Notes: generated by a model not told the origin, from the letters alone. DNA of 64,000 bases from Parasitella parasitica NRRL 2501 (GCA_025201805.1 MU619374.1:23035-87034); one strand, 5' to 3'. Numbered from the stretch's first letter, positions 37,867-53,103 are shown. Numbers and translations are program-made.

Positions 37867-39400
37867 TACTAATATAGGGTGAAAAAGAAAGATGGAAAAG
37901 TTTTTAAATGTGTTTTTGCAGTTCAAACCCACCATTCTGGGCTGCGACTAGGAAACTTTTGGTAATTCATTATGATGAATCTATACAGGCAATGTTTAAA
38001 GAGCTTCTACTTTGAATAAAAATGCATGACCGTATATTTCAAGTTTTTATAATTTTCCAAAGTATCTGAAAATGGGATGCACTTGATTTTATGACGGATT
38101 ACTCGAAAGTCAAGAAGCAGCTGTACAGACATACTTGACCATGCAGACTTGGCCTTCTTGACGCCTATAAGAATGACGAAAAATTAGGACAACATTATGA
38201 AATGCAATTTACCATGTATTTTTTTTACCTTGCCATTCTGTCAATGTATTCCATTTAGTGACAGGGGCACCGCAAATTTTGTTAGCATTTGGCTTTTGAA
38301 GAGGATTGTGGACCTTAATCACAACATTGTTGTCATTTTCATCCTAATTGACACTGTGGTTAGAGCTAACCACAGAGCCTGCGTTACTGTAATGATCACC
38401 CATTTTAGAGCACTGAAGAAAGAAATTTCACTGCTTGTTTTTGAAAACTTGAAGCAAATTGTTCCTTGGAATGGGAGTTCGCTCAGGGCAGCTACACCAG
38501 TGGCAAAGTTGGTTTTTGGAAATATGTTCCCGGCTGTCTGTAGGCAATATGCGTCCAATAACCTTCTACCTCTTTATCCTCTCAAGATAGTTCTTGATGT
38601 ACTTGGCACAGCGTTTTTCCTGGTTTTTATCGATAAAAGGCTGCATTTTATTTTTTGACAACCAAGATTAGTCAATGTAGACTGATATAACCACGTTGTG
38701 CACGAAAAAAAACAAATCAAGACTTGTCAGTCTCAATCAATAACGGAGCAACAGTAGGGATAACAGCAGGGTTATAGAGGCCAAGAAACCGCATTAGCAG
38801 TGGTAAGAGCCAGTTTACAAGCAGGAAGTAGGTGAGGGCGTTTATATGTATTTTGTTTTAAAATACCCTGTTTACGGGCAGATACAAATGATTATGAACG
38901 TGGATTATTTACCAACGACTACGTGGAAGTAGGGATAGAGTCAAGAGAGAACAAGAGGCAAAATTAACAGTGAATAAAAAAAACCAGAATGAATAAATGT
39001 ACTTTATACATGCGTGTTCCCTTTAGAGTCATATATTTGTATACTTTCGCGTATTTCAATGTAGTAGCGACGAATCTTGCATGATACATCTATCCCAAGT
39101 TATAGACAGTTGTTAACATCAACTGTCTTGCCATGAAGCCGTTATGCGCATATAATATCAATCAGCTTGCTTGGATGCAGTCAAAGGACGAATGTTGATC
39201 TATTTATCAGAAAATACATTGTATGGATTAACTAAGGTTCTTTTAAACGCAATCGCTCTGATAACTCATGGGTACTCAGGAAAGTGCTTCTGCTTCTCAC
39301 TCTATTCAAACCCCTCTTGGATGTAAATTAAGCTTATATTAACTCTTCCTTTTCAACTTTTTTATTACAACTTGCTTTTTATTTTTATTTTTCAAATACC

Positions 39401-42400
39401 ATGGCATCTTCCAATTTGGCGTTTGAGTTGTTTACTCTTCCTACACGAGTGGATAACAGCGCTTTTTGGGCAAATGTTAAAGAAAACAGTTGCTTTATAT
39501 TGCAGCAAACAAAGACACAGAGAAGCGGCCTTATGAGAAGTGTGCTGGGCACCTTACAGAATGTGTATGCTGTTTGTATTTCGTTCTATCTGTGCAAATC
39601 TAACCATAAGCGATAGGCTGGATACAAAGCAATCTCCTTATCGCATTTTGTTTCGACGTGTAAACGGCACAAACCTACAAATTGCAGTTGCTGAAACAGA
39701 AAAAAAGGCAGAGATAGTGTGGGGCTGGATCGAATGTAAGATTCGAAGAAATGACTAGAAATTTTAGCGGTATTAATGTAGCGTACAGTGAATTTGCTGC
39801 CGTCGCTTGATAATCTTGATATGGAGGATTCGGAGCCGTTTGTTGTAACAAAGATAACCTCGATCGTTACACGCAGAGGTATTTTTTTTTTCACGCCTTG
39901 TAGTACATTTCTTCTAAACACCTGCATAGATTCTGGCACAGATGAAATCTCTACAGACGAGAAAGTCAGAAAAGCATCAAGAAGCTTTAGACAAACATTC
40001 GATGTATCTTCCTCTGAGCGACTTGTCAACTGTAAGCGTTGCGACCAAATAGGAGGCAAAATCGAATACTGATAGTCTGTTTACTTAGATTACTCTAGTG
40101 CGTATCATACAAATCGATTCACTAGTCAAGGATGGCTTTACATTAGCGAAAACTATCTTGCCTTTTATTCATTTTTGCTTGGCTATGAAACAAAATTGCT
40201 GTTGGAGCTGAAAGATATACAGGATATCAAAAAGGAGCGATCGAAACGTGGTGTGTTTTCAGATGCGATAAAGATTTCCCTAAAGGATAAAAGTGAAGTA
40301 TGTGAATCTGTATAAAAAAAAAGGGGGGGGGATTATACATTATTATCCGTTAAACTAACTTGGGCGCTCGCTAGCATTTTTTCTCCAATCTTTTCAAAAG
40401 AGATGAAGTCTATGACATTTTGGTTCAATTGACAGGATTAGCCATGCAACGAGTTTTAAAGAGTACAGCCTTAGAACACGCACCAGGAAGCGATGTATCG
40501 ATCGACATTAAGGATAGCGATATTGATGCGATTAAAGATTCAGAAGTATCATCCAACAAAATCGCCTCTCTGCCTGCTGCTGAAATCAGGAAATTAATGC
40601 AGCCTCTCAAAACCAATCTGGCAGCCCAAAAACGTGATGAACGATATAGAGCTAAATTTCGATTACCACCAACCGAACATTTGATTTATTCATTTAGTGC
40701 TGTTCATCCTGTCGACGAGGAGGCTAGTGATTCTGCTGCTACTTCCAGCAATAACCATGAAAGAAAGACTACGAATTATAATGGCGTACTGTGTTTATCA
40801 GAGGCTTACCTGACATTCAGCTCCACAGATCCAGGCTGTTATTTTGAAGTGGTCATGCCACTGTATACCATCCGCCGGGTAGAAAAACTATCAGATAGGC
40901 CTGATACGTTGCCTATCAAAATTGTCAATTGGCACCAATCTGAATCAGTGTATTATTTGAATGTGTAAGTACTGTATACAATTCGATTTACAATTCGATT
41001 TAGTGCAAACACTAACAATGCAAACAGCAATCCAAAAGAGTACGATGATTTTTCAGCTACATTGACCACTAGCTTGAGAAACCAAATCAAGCACATGAGA
41101 ATGATGAAGCAGTTTTTGACCACATGTGCGTCTGAGGCTGTGATTGGAGAAAAGACATATGAGGAAATGAACACGATACCTGGCGGCTTGGGCTTGCAAT
41201 TTGATTTTCCTGGCGATCCAAAAAAGCTAAAGGAAAAAAGCAAAATGAAGCTCTGGAAGAAATATTTGAATGGTATATTGATATAGGGCGCTATTTTGAC
41301 CTCAATTGCTGATTTTTGCATTAGAATATGGACGCAATTTGACTATCTCAAAGACGCCTCGTTTCGCCAAGTTGATCAGAGTAGGGTTGCCTAATAGATT
41401 GCGTGGTGAAATATGGGAGGTGTGTTCTGGAGTTATTTTTGAGCGATTCATGAATCAGGGATTATACAATCGAATTTTGGAAGAAAACAAAAATAGAAAC
41501 TCTTTAAGTTTGGAAGAGATAGAGAAAGATTTGAACCGATCTTTGCCGGAATACAAAGCATATCAACATCCAGAAGGCATCAACAGTTTGAGAAGAGTGC
41601 TAAGTGCCTATTCTTGGAAAGACCCTGAGTTGGGTTACTGTCAAGCAATGAATATTGTTACATCTGCGATCCTTATGTAAGGTGATTGAAGGGCCATATT
41701 GCTTAGTACTAATTAGATGAACTGTAGCTATATGAGCGAAGAGCAAGCGTTTTTTACGCTTAGCGTCTTGTGTGATGATTTATTGCCTGGTTATTATAGC
41801 ACGTCAATGTATGGCGCACTTTTGGACCAGATCATTTTTGAACATTTGTTGGACAAGACAATGCCCAAATTACATGCACATTTCAAAGAAACGGATATCC
41901 AACTGTCAGTTGCATGCCTGCCATGGTTTTTGAGTCTGTACATCAATTCAATGCCTTTGCTGTTTGCTTTTAGAGTGTTGGATTGTTTCTTCATGGAAGG
42001 ACCCAAGATTTTGTTTCAAATTGGGTAGGTAGTGCCGTTTTTTTTGTATTTGCGAGTGCTTTTAACTAATGTTACGCTTTAGACTTGGTAATAAAACATG
42101 TTGGTCAGACCAAATGAATTTTACGCTAATGTTTGACTTGCAGCTATTCTCAAGATTAATGGAGATGAACTATTGAAAGCAACAGATGACGGTGCTTTTG
42201 TGAACATCCTCAAGGATTACTTCAGTCATCTTGATAAACCTCTTTATCCCGATTCCGAGAATCCAAAAGCCAAGAACTTGACAGTAATGTTACACATTGA
42301 CCTCTTTACGCTTTTCTACTAACACCTCTTGTCTAGAAATTCAACGAGCTTTTACTAGTGGCATATCGTGAATTTAGCAGTGTAACAGACGAGTTAATTC

Positions 42401-43667
42401 GAGAATTAAGACAAACCCATCAATTAAAAGTTGTAGCAGGCATTGAATCATTCACCAAACGATCGGCTGTACGTAACATCGAGAATACGGCAGGATTAGA
42501 CAAGGCAGAGCTAGGCATTATTTATGACAAATTCTATAATGTATTATACTACAAGCAACAGAAACGAGCGGAACGCAATGACTCCAAAATGGACCTGCAA
42601 TCATTTGAAATCTTTATTGGATCGCTTGCTTCATGGGCCAAGATTGAATCCGAAGACTATCAATCAGATCGACAAAGACAACTCAAAGTCGCAAAGAACT
42701 TTTTGAACCAATTGTTTCATGTATTTGACAGACAACATTCGCAAAACCTCAGCCTTCAGGTATGTATTCAAGCCGCACATATTGCTGGACCTCTCTTGAA
42801 TTGAAACTGCCTCTATAGGATATCATCATTGGCGTTGGCTCTATTCATACGGGTGATTTAAACTCACAAATCAAGCTGTTTTTCGATTTGCATGACGTTG
42901 ACAAAGACGAATGCCTTAATAAGGATGAAGTGGTGCAATTCTCGGAAACGTTACTTTGGATATTTAGAAATACGCAAGATGAACATCATTTAAACGCTGT
43001 ATCAACGTTTTTGCATAATGCGTTCGAATATGCAGAAAGTAGAGGTGACGATAAATACTTGTCCTTGGCATCTCTAAGGTACGTGATTACTTTCTTACAC
43101 ACATATATATATATTTATAAAACACTGTATTGATAACGCTGGCATAGAATGATAGTGCTCGCTGATGAAACATTAGAGAACTTTTTCGATCATGAATTCG
43201 CGCATTCTGTCAAACTAACCGAGAAAGAAACTGAAAAACAACGAAGTCTTGGACGAGAGATCTTTAATAATCTACTTGCAACAGGTGCTAAACTGGCTTC
43301 AACGACAGGAGTGAGTCGACCTCAATTCAGATCCAAACCTACAGATGCTTCATTGCCTTTATCTGAAACTCAAGCTATAGATTCTAAAGAAAATACCAAA
43401 TCTGATAAGGAATTAGCTACGAAAGAATCGGACAACGGTAAAAAATCAGAAGAGAGCGATAATGATCAAGTTCCTCAAGTTTCTCAAACCACCAACGCTG
43501 ACAGTACTGCGACTAATAAACATGTTATCGGTGATTCTGACGTTTCTGATGATGATGACGAAGGGGAGGAAGAGGAAGAGGAAGAGGAAGAGGAAGATAT
43601 CAGTCCTGATGTCTTGGAGGAGGTAGATAGATTACTGAAGGAATATGATGATGAAGATGAAGATTAA
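39401..43667 (+). CDS. MDR1: Rab GTPase-activating protein Gyp2/Mdr1 (TBC1D8/9-like; GRAM, TBC and EF-hand domains), multi-exon
   Basis: [58 protein letters not shown]-hand [12 protein letters not shown]. Confidence 0.93.
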
Positions 43668-44319
43668 ATAAAGTATTCGCATTTATTATTTTTACTACGT
43701 ACATGATTATTGTCTATTTGAAAGCGTAGTAGAGACATACAGATGAAAGCTATCCTCAAAATCTAATTAGTTTGCTTTTACCAATTGCGACTACATGTGG
43801 GCCTAGCACTTGCCGTACACCAGCATTAAAAAAACAAAAAAACAAAAGTTCTAGTTAATGTAATGCTATACTACTATATCAGAAAATAAATATGTATTCT
43901 ATTGAAATTTACGGCAAGTGTATACAAAAACAACATGCTCTAATTAATTCATTGTTTATTCTGTGCAGACAATATCTCTTTGACATCTCCTAAAAAGGTA
44001 GCCAGTTTTTACACAGTTTAGGTATTGTCGAGTCTATAGACAAAACGCTGTGTTTTTATTAGAAATACCGTAACGGCAACTTTATGATTTACGGCTGTCA
44101 AGGTACCATTAGTTGCTAATAGCCCGGCTTCCTTTTTGTTCAGGAAAAAAAAAAGCTTGTGTTCCCTCACGTGTGTACTTCTATATTCTACTAATAGCCT
44201 GTCCATGTCCTGTATGTTTCCTTCTCTCTTTCTCTCTCTTTTCTCATTTGGCTTTTTTACTAGAGCGGCGAAATTGTATTTCGATATACATGTAAAATCG
44301 AATACTAGTTATTCACCAG

Positions 44320-47300
44320 ATGAGTTTACCACAAACAATTACCACACCCAAGCACTTGAACGACAAAAAGCCGAGCATTTTTCAGAAAAATAGCAGCCAA
44401 TTACTTCAGCATGCTTCTTCAAAATTCGGGCTAAGGAGGTCATTAACAACATCGAGAACCCACCAGCAAAAAGAACTATTATCACCACATCAAATCCTGC
44501 CAAGACCTTCTAGTTCCTCAGTTTCGTTTTCTACGCATACGAATTTAACAAGCAGTAAATGCCACGTTAAGGACATACCACAGCCTACAAAAAACAACCG
44601 CTTTACATCTGATTCAGTAACAAATCACATCTTGGCATCGGCAACAGCATCCTCAAACAAGAAAGTATTGTATCAAGATAACAGCGGCAGGTCATTATCT
44701 GCTATACCCGAAAATAAGCAACAAGACTCATTCAAAATGCCCAAAAGTATGCCTTCCAATCCAACTTACTATCGGGCATTCTTATCCAGCACTGCCCATG
44801 AAATGAAGGGGCGGATCATCACCAGCGACAGAATAAAGAATGGTATTGAATACAGCAATGTTTTTGATGGGAAAGAAGCCATTGTAAGTAGAAAACAAAA
44901 TGAATAACTATTTTGTCTGTATATAATATCATGTCTGCATTCTAGGACAAGCTAAAGGAAATCCTTGGTACTTCAGACCGCTCACTAGCCTTGAGAGTCG
45001 GTAGAGCACTTGAGGCACAGCGAGTTTTTCATGATGTCAATTACGAAAATAGACTAGTCGATGACATTATTGAGATATATCAGTTCAATCAAGTGTTATT
45101 CCACCATAACGACAGCCAAAGTGGGAGTACCACGAGCACAAACAGTAGCAGCAGTGGCAGCGATAATTCTTTTTCTGTTACTTCAACAATTATTGGAAAT
45201 GACGCTAGTGACGATGAGGACGAGGGCAATGACGATGGTAATTCGCTTCACACAAATGCAACGGCAATGACCACCTCCACTACTACTTGTCCGGTACAAG
45301 GACAGATACAGATACAGCAACAGCCACAGCCACAGCCACAGCAGCAGCAACAGCAGCAGCAAATCAACAAGTTGCTTCTTCCAAGTGGTATCTTTACAGC
45401 ATTGACCCACTGTTATACTCCCACTTGTGATAATATAAATCCGTGTTACAGTTACACCTGCCCTAAAAGAGAAAGACTGGTAAGAAATGAAATCAGTGTA
45501 AATTATCCATCTTGTTAACCCCTTCTCAATGGAAAAGAGGAAAAGGCCTCACAGTGTCGATACAAGAGAAAAGCGAGTGACAGCCTACATCTACGAGGTA
45601 GAGAAACACCAGCCATTATGGAGCCAAACCATCGATGACTACATTGTGCTGTCCACACCTGCTACAGAAAGAAAGCGGCAAGAAACCATTTTCGAGCTGA
45701 TATACACTGAGGAAAACTTTATGAATGATTTGGACTATGTTGTTAAACTTTGGATTGATCCTTTAAAGAATAGCGATATTATTCCAATACAGCGCAGGGA
45801 GAGATTTGTGGACAAAGTATTCTCGAATCTGATAGCCATTCGTGACATTAGTACTGCCTTGACACTAGCGCTTCGAACAAGGCAGTCTGAACATCCAATC
45901 GTGTCGCAAATAAGCGATATTATGGGGCGTTTTGCAGCTGAATTCGAGCCCTTTGTGTATTACGGCGCTAGACAACATCAAGCCAAGCACGTTTACGAGC
46001 ATGAGAGATACAACAACCCCAAGTTTGCGCTGTTTGCCGAGGTAAGCCCAGGTTTTGCGCTATTTTCACTTAATGTCTTTATGGTAACGCTCCTCTTTAA
46101 CAGCAAACTGAAAGAAACGCAGCCTCTCGGAAATTGGAGCTGAACGGATATCTCACAAAACCGACGACTAGACTGGGCAGGTACACTTTATTGCTGGACA
46201 AGATACACTCTCGAACAGCAGCAAACCACCCTGACAAGACAAACATCCCGCCCATCATCGCCGCCATTAAGCATTTATTGCAAAAAGTAAATAACGCTGC
46301 GGGAGCAGCTAAAAACCGATTTGATTTGGAACAAATTCATCGCCACCTAACCTTTAAAAATAAAAAAGATGTCATGGATCTACGGCTTCTGGATCAGGGA
46401 AGAAGCATTATCAAGCAAGGCACACTGAAAAAGACAGGAAGCATGAATTCCACCGAGTATCAGGCTATTTTATTTGATCATTACTTGGTTGTCGCCAAAG
46501 TCAAGGTGCTCAATGCAGTGGAACATTACCGCATACAAAAGAAGGTAAGTTTGCACAGTTTGGACGCATTCGAAAACTGACATATTGTGCCATGCACAGC
46601 CAATTCCCATCGAGTTGCTGGGTGTCCGCTTGCCGCCTTCACTGGAACTCAGCTCAGGTGGGCTGTATCGGAAAAAATCATTTAGCCCAACGCTAACGCC
46701 AACGCCTACAAATACACCTAACAAAGTATCGCCCTCCGTAAACAACCAAATCTTGGACGGCGGCCCCAGGCTAGGTTTGCCCATCACTTTTTTCCATCAA
46801 GGTAGAAATCTGGATGGCACTTTAACACTGTTTGCTCCAAGCGAGCATAATCGAAAGACGTGGGATCAAATTATACAGAGGCAAAGAGACATCAAGTTCA
46901 AGCGAAAGCCTCTGTTTGACGTTGTAGACAGTGTTAAGCGATATGAGTTTTTTGCAGAGATCCGAGTCCACCATATGATTATTTTTGGTAAGTATGGTAC
47001 TCTTGCTCAACTCTGGGATGCACACAAAAAGACTGACTCTATGCAGATCAAGGCCAGTCGTATCTGTTGGCTACAGATAATGGACTCTATATTGGACCAA
47101 ACAACGGTACAGGCATTCCACGCAAGATCTTGCCGCTGGAAAAAGTGCACCAAGTGCATGTGCTGGAAGATTATCAGCTACTGCTTGTTTTAGCAGATAA
47201 TACACTATGGCAGTATCCGCTAGATATTACCATTAACGGACGACCTGATGGAAACCAAAGCATTCAGCATTTTGGGAGAAAGATCCAAACCCATGTTTCC

Positions 47301-48164
47301 TTTTTCCATGTGGGCGAGTGTCTTGGCCAAACTTTGATCTGTGTGCCTAATCCATCCTCTGTCAACGGCACTGAAATCAATCTGTACGAGCCCTCCATGC
47401 CAAAGACCGAAATGAAAAAAAGGAGTCTGCTGGGCAGGCTATCCATTCGATCTGCCAGCTCACTCTCGCTCATGAACACGCAAGTGACACATTTGAAGCC
47501 CATCTACAGCCCTTGTGATGTTTGGGCCATCGATAACACCAAATCCATGCTGCTGTTGACTACACCTGTAGGTATTATTGCTGTTGACATGAAGACAAAA
47601 AAGGCTGATGGACTACTTGATCCATCAGACAAGCACCTAGAGTTCATCACCAAGTACGAAAAGATTGATGAGCAAATGAAGATGAGTCCAGTTATAAAAC
47701 GTATCGCTGTGTTCCAGGTGCCAAACGGAGACTATTTGATTTGCTATGATAGTGAGTGCTATTCACTGCAACTCTTGTTGTTATGATATCGATTAACCGT
47801 TGGCTATAGAATTCGCGTTTTTTATCGATAAAAAAGGTAGGAGAATCCAACACGACTTCAAGATTGAATGGGAAGGACATCCCACAGCATTCGCATTTCA
47901 TTACCCACACGTGATTGCATTCGAACAGCAGTTTATTGAGATAAGAAGTGTCGTTGATGTAAAGAACAGAGGCTATTTCGTCGATTTATATGTACCATCT
48001 AATGCGTTTTTTAGGGAAATTTACAACAAGTAATACAAGAGAAAAACGTTCATTGCCTGCAAAATGGGCACAAATCGCAAGAATCTCTTATACTTGGTAC
48101 CATGCAGGACAAGTCAAATCCCATCTACCAACAGATATTCAAGCTGCAGCCAGTTGCACTATAA
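44320..48164 (+). CDS. Rho1 guanine exchange factor, Rom1/Rom2-like (DEP-DH-PH-CNH), multi-exon
   Basis: DEP FDGKEAI..FHDVNY, CYTPTC..PCYSYTCP, DH ERKRQETIFELIYTE..LTKPTTRLGRY, PH LFDHYLV, CNH IEWEGHP. Confidence 0.92.
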
Positions 48165-48920
48165 AAAATAAGGGCAACTTTCTCTTTTCTATTTATTCTT
48201 TATTATACCCTTTTTTATACGAATTATAAATATACACTTTCCAATAAAGAAGATGGAACATTATGATGTATTTTAACCATGCTAAACGTAACGAATAGAC
48301 GCCAAATTCGTTATACGACCAACAGAAACAAACTTGAAGAAACTAGGAAGGCAAAGAAAAAAAAATAACAGCATAGAACACAGCACAAGAGAAGAAAAGA
48401 AAATGCATGTATTAGTTTAGCTGAAGTTATGAGCAATATCTGATATTTATGATCTGATATTTATGATCAATCATATGAAAGAAAAAAAACTGTTTTTGCA
48501 GATTTTTGTTAGACACATTGCCCAATGAAAACCAAGTTATGCTCAGATAGCGATGTTTATGCCTGATTCAATGAAGCATAAAACAGGCTTTATGTTGTTC
48601 TTTATCATAGCATAGAAGAGAACAAAATAACAGGTGAAAAAACCCAACACAAGTTGATCTTCATAAAATGACTCCAATGAATAAAATGGCCTTTCTCTGC
48701 AAAAAGTTTGGTGAAATTGGAAATTTGGATCTAATGAGCGATATCATCCCCAAAAGAGGTTCAAACCATGCTTGAAAAAATTCAGTGAGGAGAGTATTGT
48801 TTCATCATCATGATGAAATATGACTCCATGTAAAGACTTTCAGCATATATAAAGTGGAGAAGCTTGCCTCTATATGACCTCAAGTTAACCAAAAAAAAAA
48901 AAAAAAAAAAATCTGTTTAA

Positions 48921-49163
48921 ATGAACTCAAAGATCGATCAAGCTGTTGGTGGTATCAAGAAGACCGTCGGAAACGCTATGGGCAACGAAAAGATGAAAGC
49001 TGAAGGTATGGCTCAGAACACCAAGGGTCAAGTTGGTAACCAAATGCAAAATGTCGGTCAACAGGTAGACCATGGCAAGGAGGAGCTCAATAGCCGTTTT
49101 GGTATCAACAGCAACAACAACAATAACAACAACAACAATAACAATAACGATGGTCATCTCTAA
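48921..49163 (+). CDS. CsbD-like small stress protein with poly-Asn tail
   Basis: KIDQAVGGIKKTVGNAMGNEKMKAEGMAQNTKG; TATA box at about 48846. Confidence 0.8.
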   Translation: MNSKIDQAVGGIKKTVGNAMGNEKMKAEGMAQNTKGQVGNQMQNVGQQVDHGKEELNSRFGINSNNNNNNNNNNNNDGHL

Positions 49164-49351
49164 AATAAAACTAGCAATGAAATAAAATTTGTATAAATTA
49201 TTGTAAATAGAATCCCTAAAGTCTGTATATTCATATGATTTCTCGATACAAACATAATACTATGCAGATGTAAAATAAAAACAGTTTGTTTCGGTAAAAA
49301 CGATTATTTATTTCGGAATTGTGGTAAAAAGCAAGGGTGGATAAATTACGA

Positions 49352-52300
49352 TTAATCTGTTTCTTCAGTATGATAGCCACTACGTCTATAGTTGTGAAAG
49401 AAGATTAGTTGAAATATGCACACGATGCTGGACGAAATTCTTACCTCATCTCTGCCAAAACGCGGCGAGCATTTGTCAATTCAGAGTCCAGTTTTAAAAT
49501 CTTTACCTGCTGCTCCATCTCTCTACGCTTGAATTCGTGAACAGACAGCTTGTTGAAATCAATACCAGCAGTTTCACTCTTATTTTGTTCAGCCACAAGG
49601 GTTTTGATTTGCTTGACTAGTTCAGCAGCGGCATCCTTGACACCCTTGGCAGCCATCTCCAGGCGTTCTTGGGTGCGAGACATGAAACTAGACTTGACGC
49701 GAGATGCAGAGACTAATTGGGCAGTGGCAGCAGATACTTCATTTGAAGCAACAATCAGCTGCTCGAGAGAATGTGTCTTGCTAATAACACCATCAGCAGC
49801 TTCTACCAACATGTTGGTAGCAACAGCGACGGCCTTAGCAGCGGAAATCAAACCCTCAGTCCAGCGATTGTGCTTCTTGTAGAAAGCAGCCTTGGATGAA
49901 GAGCCACGGCCTTGAGATACAATCTCTTGCTGCGATGCCGTGGCGCACTTGATCAAATTAGCGATAGCGTTTGTCAAGGCCAGCACTGAGTTCAAAATCA
50001 GTTGATGCACTTGGATATCGGTAGCGGAAAAGGCTGGATTTGCAGGACGACGCATCAAGTCTTGAATTTTGGCAGAGGCTTCTTCGATAGCACGAGCAGC
50101 TCTAGTCATTTCTTGCTCAACAAGATCACCAACATCGCCCTCTGCCATTTTATTCACGTCTGTGGCTCCCGTCAAGATCAAGTCTTCGGTCTTTTGCGAT
50201 AATTTAGTGAGAGCTTCTTGGACGCGCATGTCTCCTTGAATCACAACTTCGGGACGCTGAGCAGGAGGAAGCATCTTGAGATAGGTGGACATCACGCTGC
50301 TGAAATATTGTATACATGATTCAGCAGAACCCTTTCCGAGCTGGACCAATTCCTCGCCATCTTCATCCTTCAAAACAAACTGTGTTATACCCTTGGAATG
50401 CTGAAGTACGTCAATGATGGTGTCAGAGAATTCAAGAGCACGGGTAATAGTGCCAGTGTGGTCGCCAGTGTGGCTGCCATCCAAGAACTTGCTGAAAGCA
50501 GACATGAACTCGACAGATGTAATACTAGCTCTTTCAATCATAGACAGTGCTAATTCGGGTGTCGAGTTTTCGTTGCCATGCGAACCAGGAGCGTCTAACT
50601 CATAAATACTATCGTTGATCTTTTGAACACATGTACTCAGGATACAATCTGTCAAATACGTCAATATTTTTAGATCATTGGTGGATTCTCTGTGTCTGCT
50701 TACCCAAAATCTGATTGAGCTTGTCCGTCTGTGCGTTTATTAAGTGATCAAGTTCCTCTTGCAAATCTTGTTGCTTGTCGTTCTGTCATTGCGTCATAGC
50801 TGTGTTAGATTCCTATCTGTTTCCCTGACATCATCTGTGTAGTCCTACCTGCTGCAACTCGGCGAGTTGCGATAGACATTCGTCCATACCAGCCTGTAAC
50901 ACAGCAATTTCCTCATCCTTCTCCTATCAACATACCGCAAGTTAAGCTTGTGATATATATATATATATATTTATATTTTTGTCTACAGCTCCAAGACACT
51001 ACTTACATGACGGATATGATCTGCTTCGCCTTGCTGGTCCTCGATTTGCTTAAGAAATTCATCAATCAAAGCTTGTTTTTCAATCAAACTGGCCTCCAGC
51101 TCTTGTTTTTCCTTGTTGAACTTGGCTAAAAGGGCACTGACCTCGTCTCCCTTAGACCTGCCCATATTTTGCATTTGATTACGCGCATCGTCCAATTCAC
51201 GACGCAAGCGGTCCATGTCTTCACGTTGATTACCTTGAAGACGAGCCAGTTCATTACGAGCTCTGTCGCGTTCGCGGATCAGATCAGCGAGTTCAATGTT
51301 TTTCGCACGCATGTCAGCTTGAATTCGCTCCAATTTCTCGTTTGCTTCCTGAGCCGAATTTGCCTTGACTTGCAGGGCTTTGTACTTGTTCAACAAATCA
51401 ATGTGTTCCTTTCTTAATTGACTATAGAGCTTGGCCAAAGCTTCGTATTTGGTCTTCCACATCTGGATCTCGTCTATTTATGAAATGTCAAGCCGCAGCT
51501 CTAATAGCCCCTCTTATGCAAAACTTACTTTGAAGAGAACGGATCAATTCATCTTTTGATTGGTCTCTTTGCAACGCATTTGCATTGACAGACGCCAATT
51601 CTTGCTCAAGAGCCTTCACTCTTCTGTCATATTGTTCCAACATCATCTGATTACGTTCAAGTTGGTTACGTCCGTTCAAAAGCTGCATTTCAAGATCGTT
51701 GATTCTACCGTTTTGTTGATTCATCATCTGCTGCCTCATGAGTTCCTCTTGTCTCTGGCGCTCAAGCTCAGCCATTTTTCTTTGTTGGTCCTCATATTCA
51801 CGTTGCTGTTGCAGCTGCATTTGCCTCATTCTTTCCTGCTCGTCTTGTCTTTGCTGAGCTAAGCGGTGCTGTTGCTCGTCGTATTCACGCTGCTGCTGAG
51901 CTTGTTTCTCGGACCAAAAATCAATGACGGGCTCAGGAGACGCTTGGGCTGGAGGAGGAGCCTCAATACGAGCAACTTCAGGACGCTTGGGGAGTTGAGG
52001 CGTGCTGTCATCAATAAGGGATGGTGGGTCGGGAGACAGCTTGGGGACATTGATAAGACTCGTCAAGTATTTGAGACTGGAGCACTCGTAGTAAAACTTT
52101 AAAAGTGCGTAATGTTGAGTGTTGAATTTCTGTCTCAAAGGCGCAAGTGCGTCTGAAGCATCGAGCCCTGTTTGCAATAATCATGTAAGTCCGCTATACA
52201 TGTTTTTTGCTTATGCAGGTTAACTTACTTTGATGCATAGCTCTCATCATGCTGGTAATGAATTTATAAATACCATAGCTTTCCTCAACTAAAGGCACAA

Positions 52301-52425
52301 GGGCAGCGATGCGGCACTCGTTGTTGGAGTGATGGCGGAAACTGCCGAAAACAACCTTTTGGAATCTATCGATATGGTCCTGCAATATCATTAAATCATT
52401 GATAGTTTCGAAACTGAGGCAAAGA

Positions 52426-52464
<39 letters not shown>

Positions 52465-53103
52465 GATTTAGTTTTGCGTTGATAGCCGATTAAAGCACTT
52501 TCTTACCCCTCATTAGGATCGTCGATATTCTTCAAACTGATGTACTCCTCATAGTCAAAAGAACCGTTGAACTCGGGATGCGTGCGATGATATTGAAGCT
52601 TGTGCAAAAGAAAGTCGACATAAGCTCGAATAAGGGTGCCGTAACCACGCATACCATCGCCATTCACACTACGAGCACAAGTCTCTAACCAGCTTGTTTC
52701 CCGGAGGGCATCCTTGATTACCTTTTTTTGTGAGCAAAAATATATATTAGTCCTTCTGCCGCGTGCAAAATACAGAAAGGTGCTTGTGATACTCTACGTT
52801 GGCGTGGCCATCCTTGATGACTTTATGGACAAGGATAAGCGCTTTGAATGCTTGGATTTCGTCAGAGAGTAACGGCTGCACTTTCAATATATTCCAAATG
52901 ATGGCCGAGGTTCGATGATCCCAAGTGTATACGATACATTCTGCAGCACATTTTTTCCTTGCATTAGTATCTTGCTTTTATCCAGGCATAGTATACTCAC
53001 TTCGCACATGCTTTTGCTTGGGTGCAGTTTCCTCGACGCTGCAAGCCTTCTTGATACTCTGAGCGAGCTCAGTTTCTGCTTTTTCAGCAGATAAATAGGA
53101 CAT
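49352..53103 (-). CDS. SLA2: Endocytic adaptor Sla2/End4 (ANTH, coiled coil, I/LWEQ), multi-exon
   Basis: IKKACSVEETAPKQKHVRKCIVYTWDH, WKTKYEALAKLYSQLR, FYKKHNRWTEGLISAAKAVA, EMEQQVKIL. Confidence 0.96.

Noticed and set aside
38197-38658. 153-aa plus-strand ORF
   Set aside because: No recognisable domain; more likely antisense to decayed minus-strand sequence
48921-49163. CsbD gene as bacterial horizontal transfer or contamination
   Set aside because: CsbD-like proteins are common in fungi, and this gene has a TATA box and fungal neighbours
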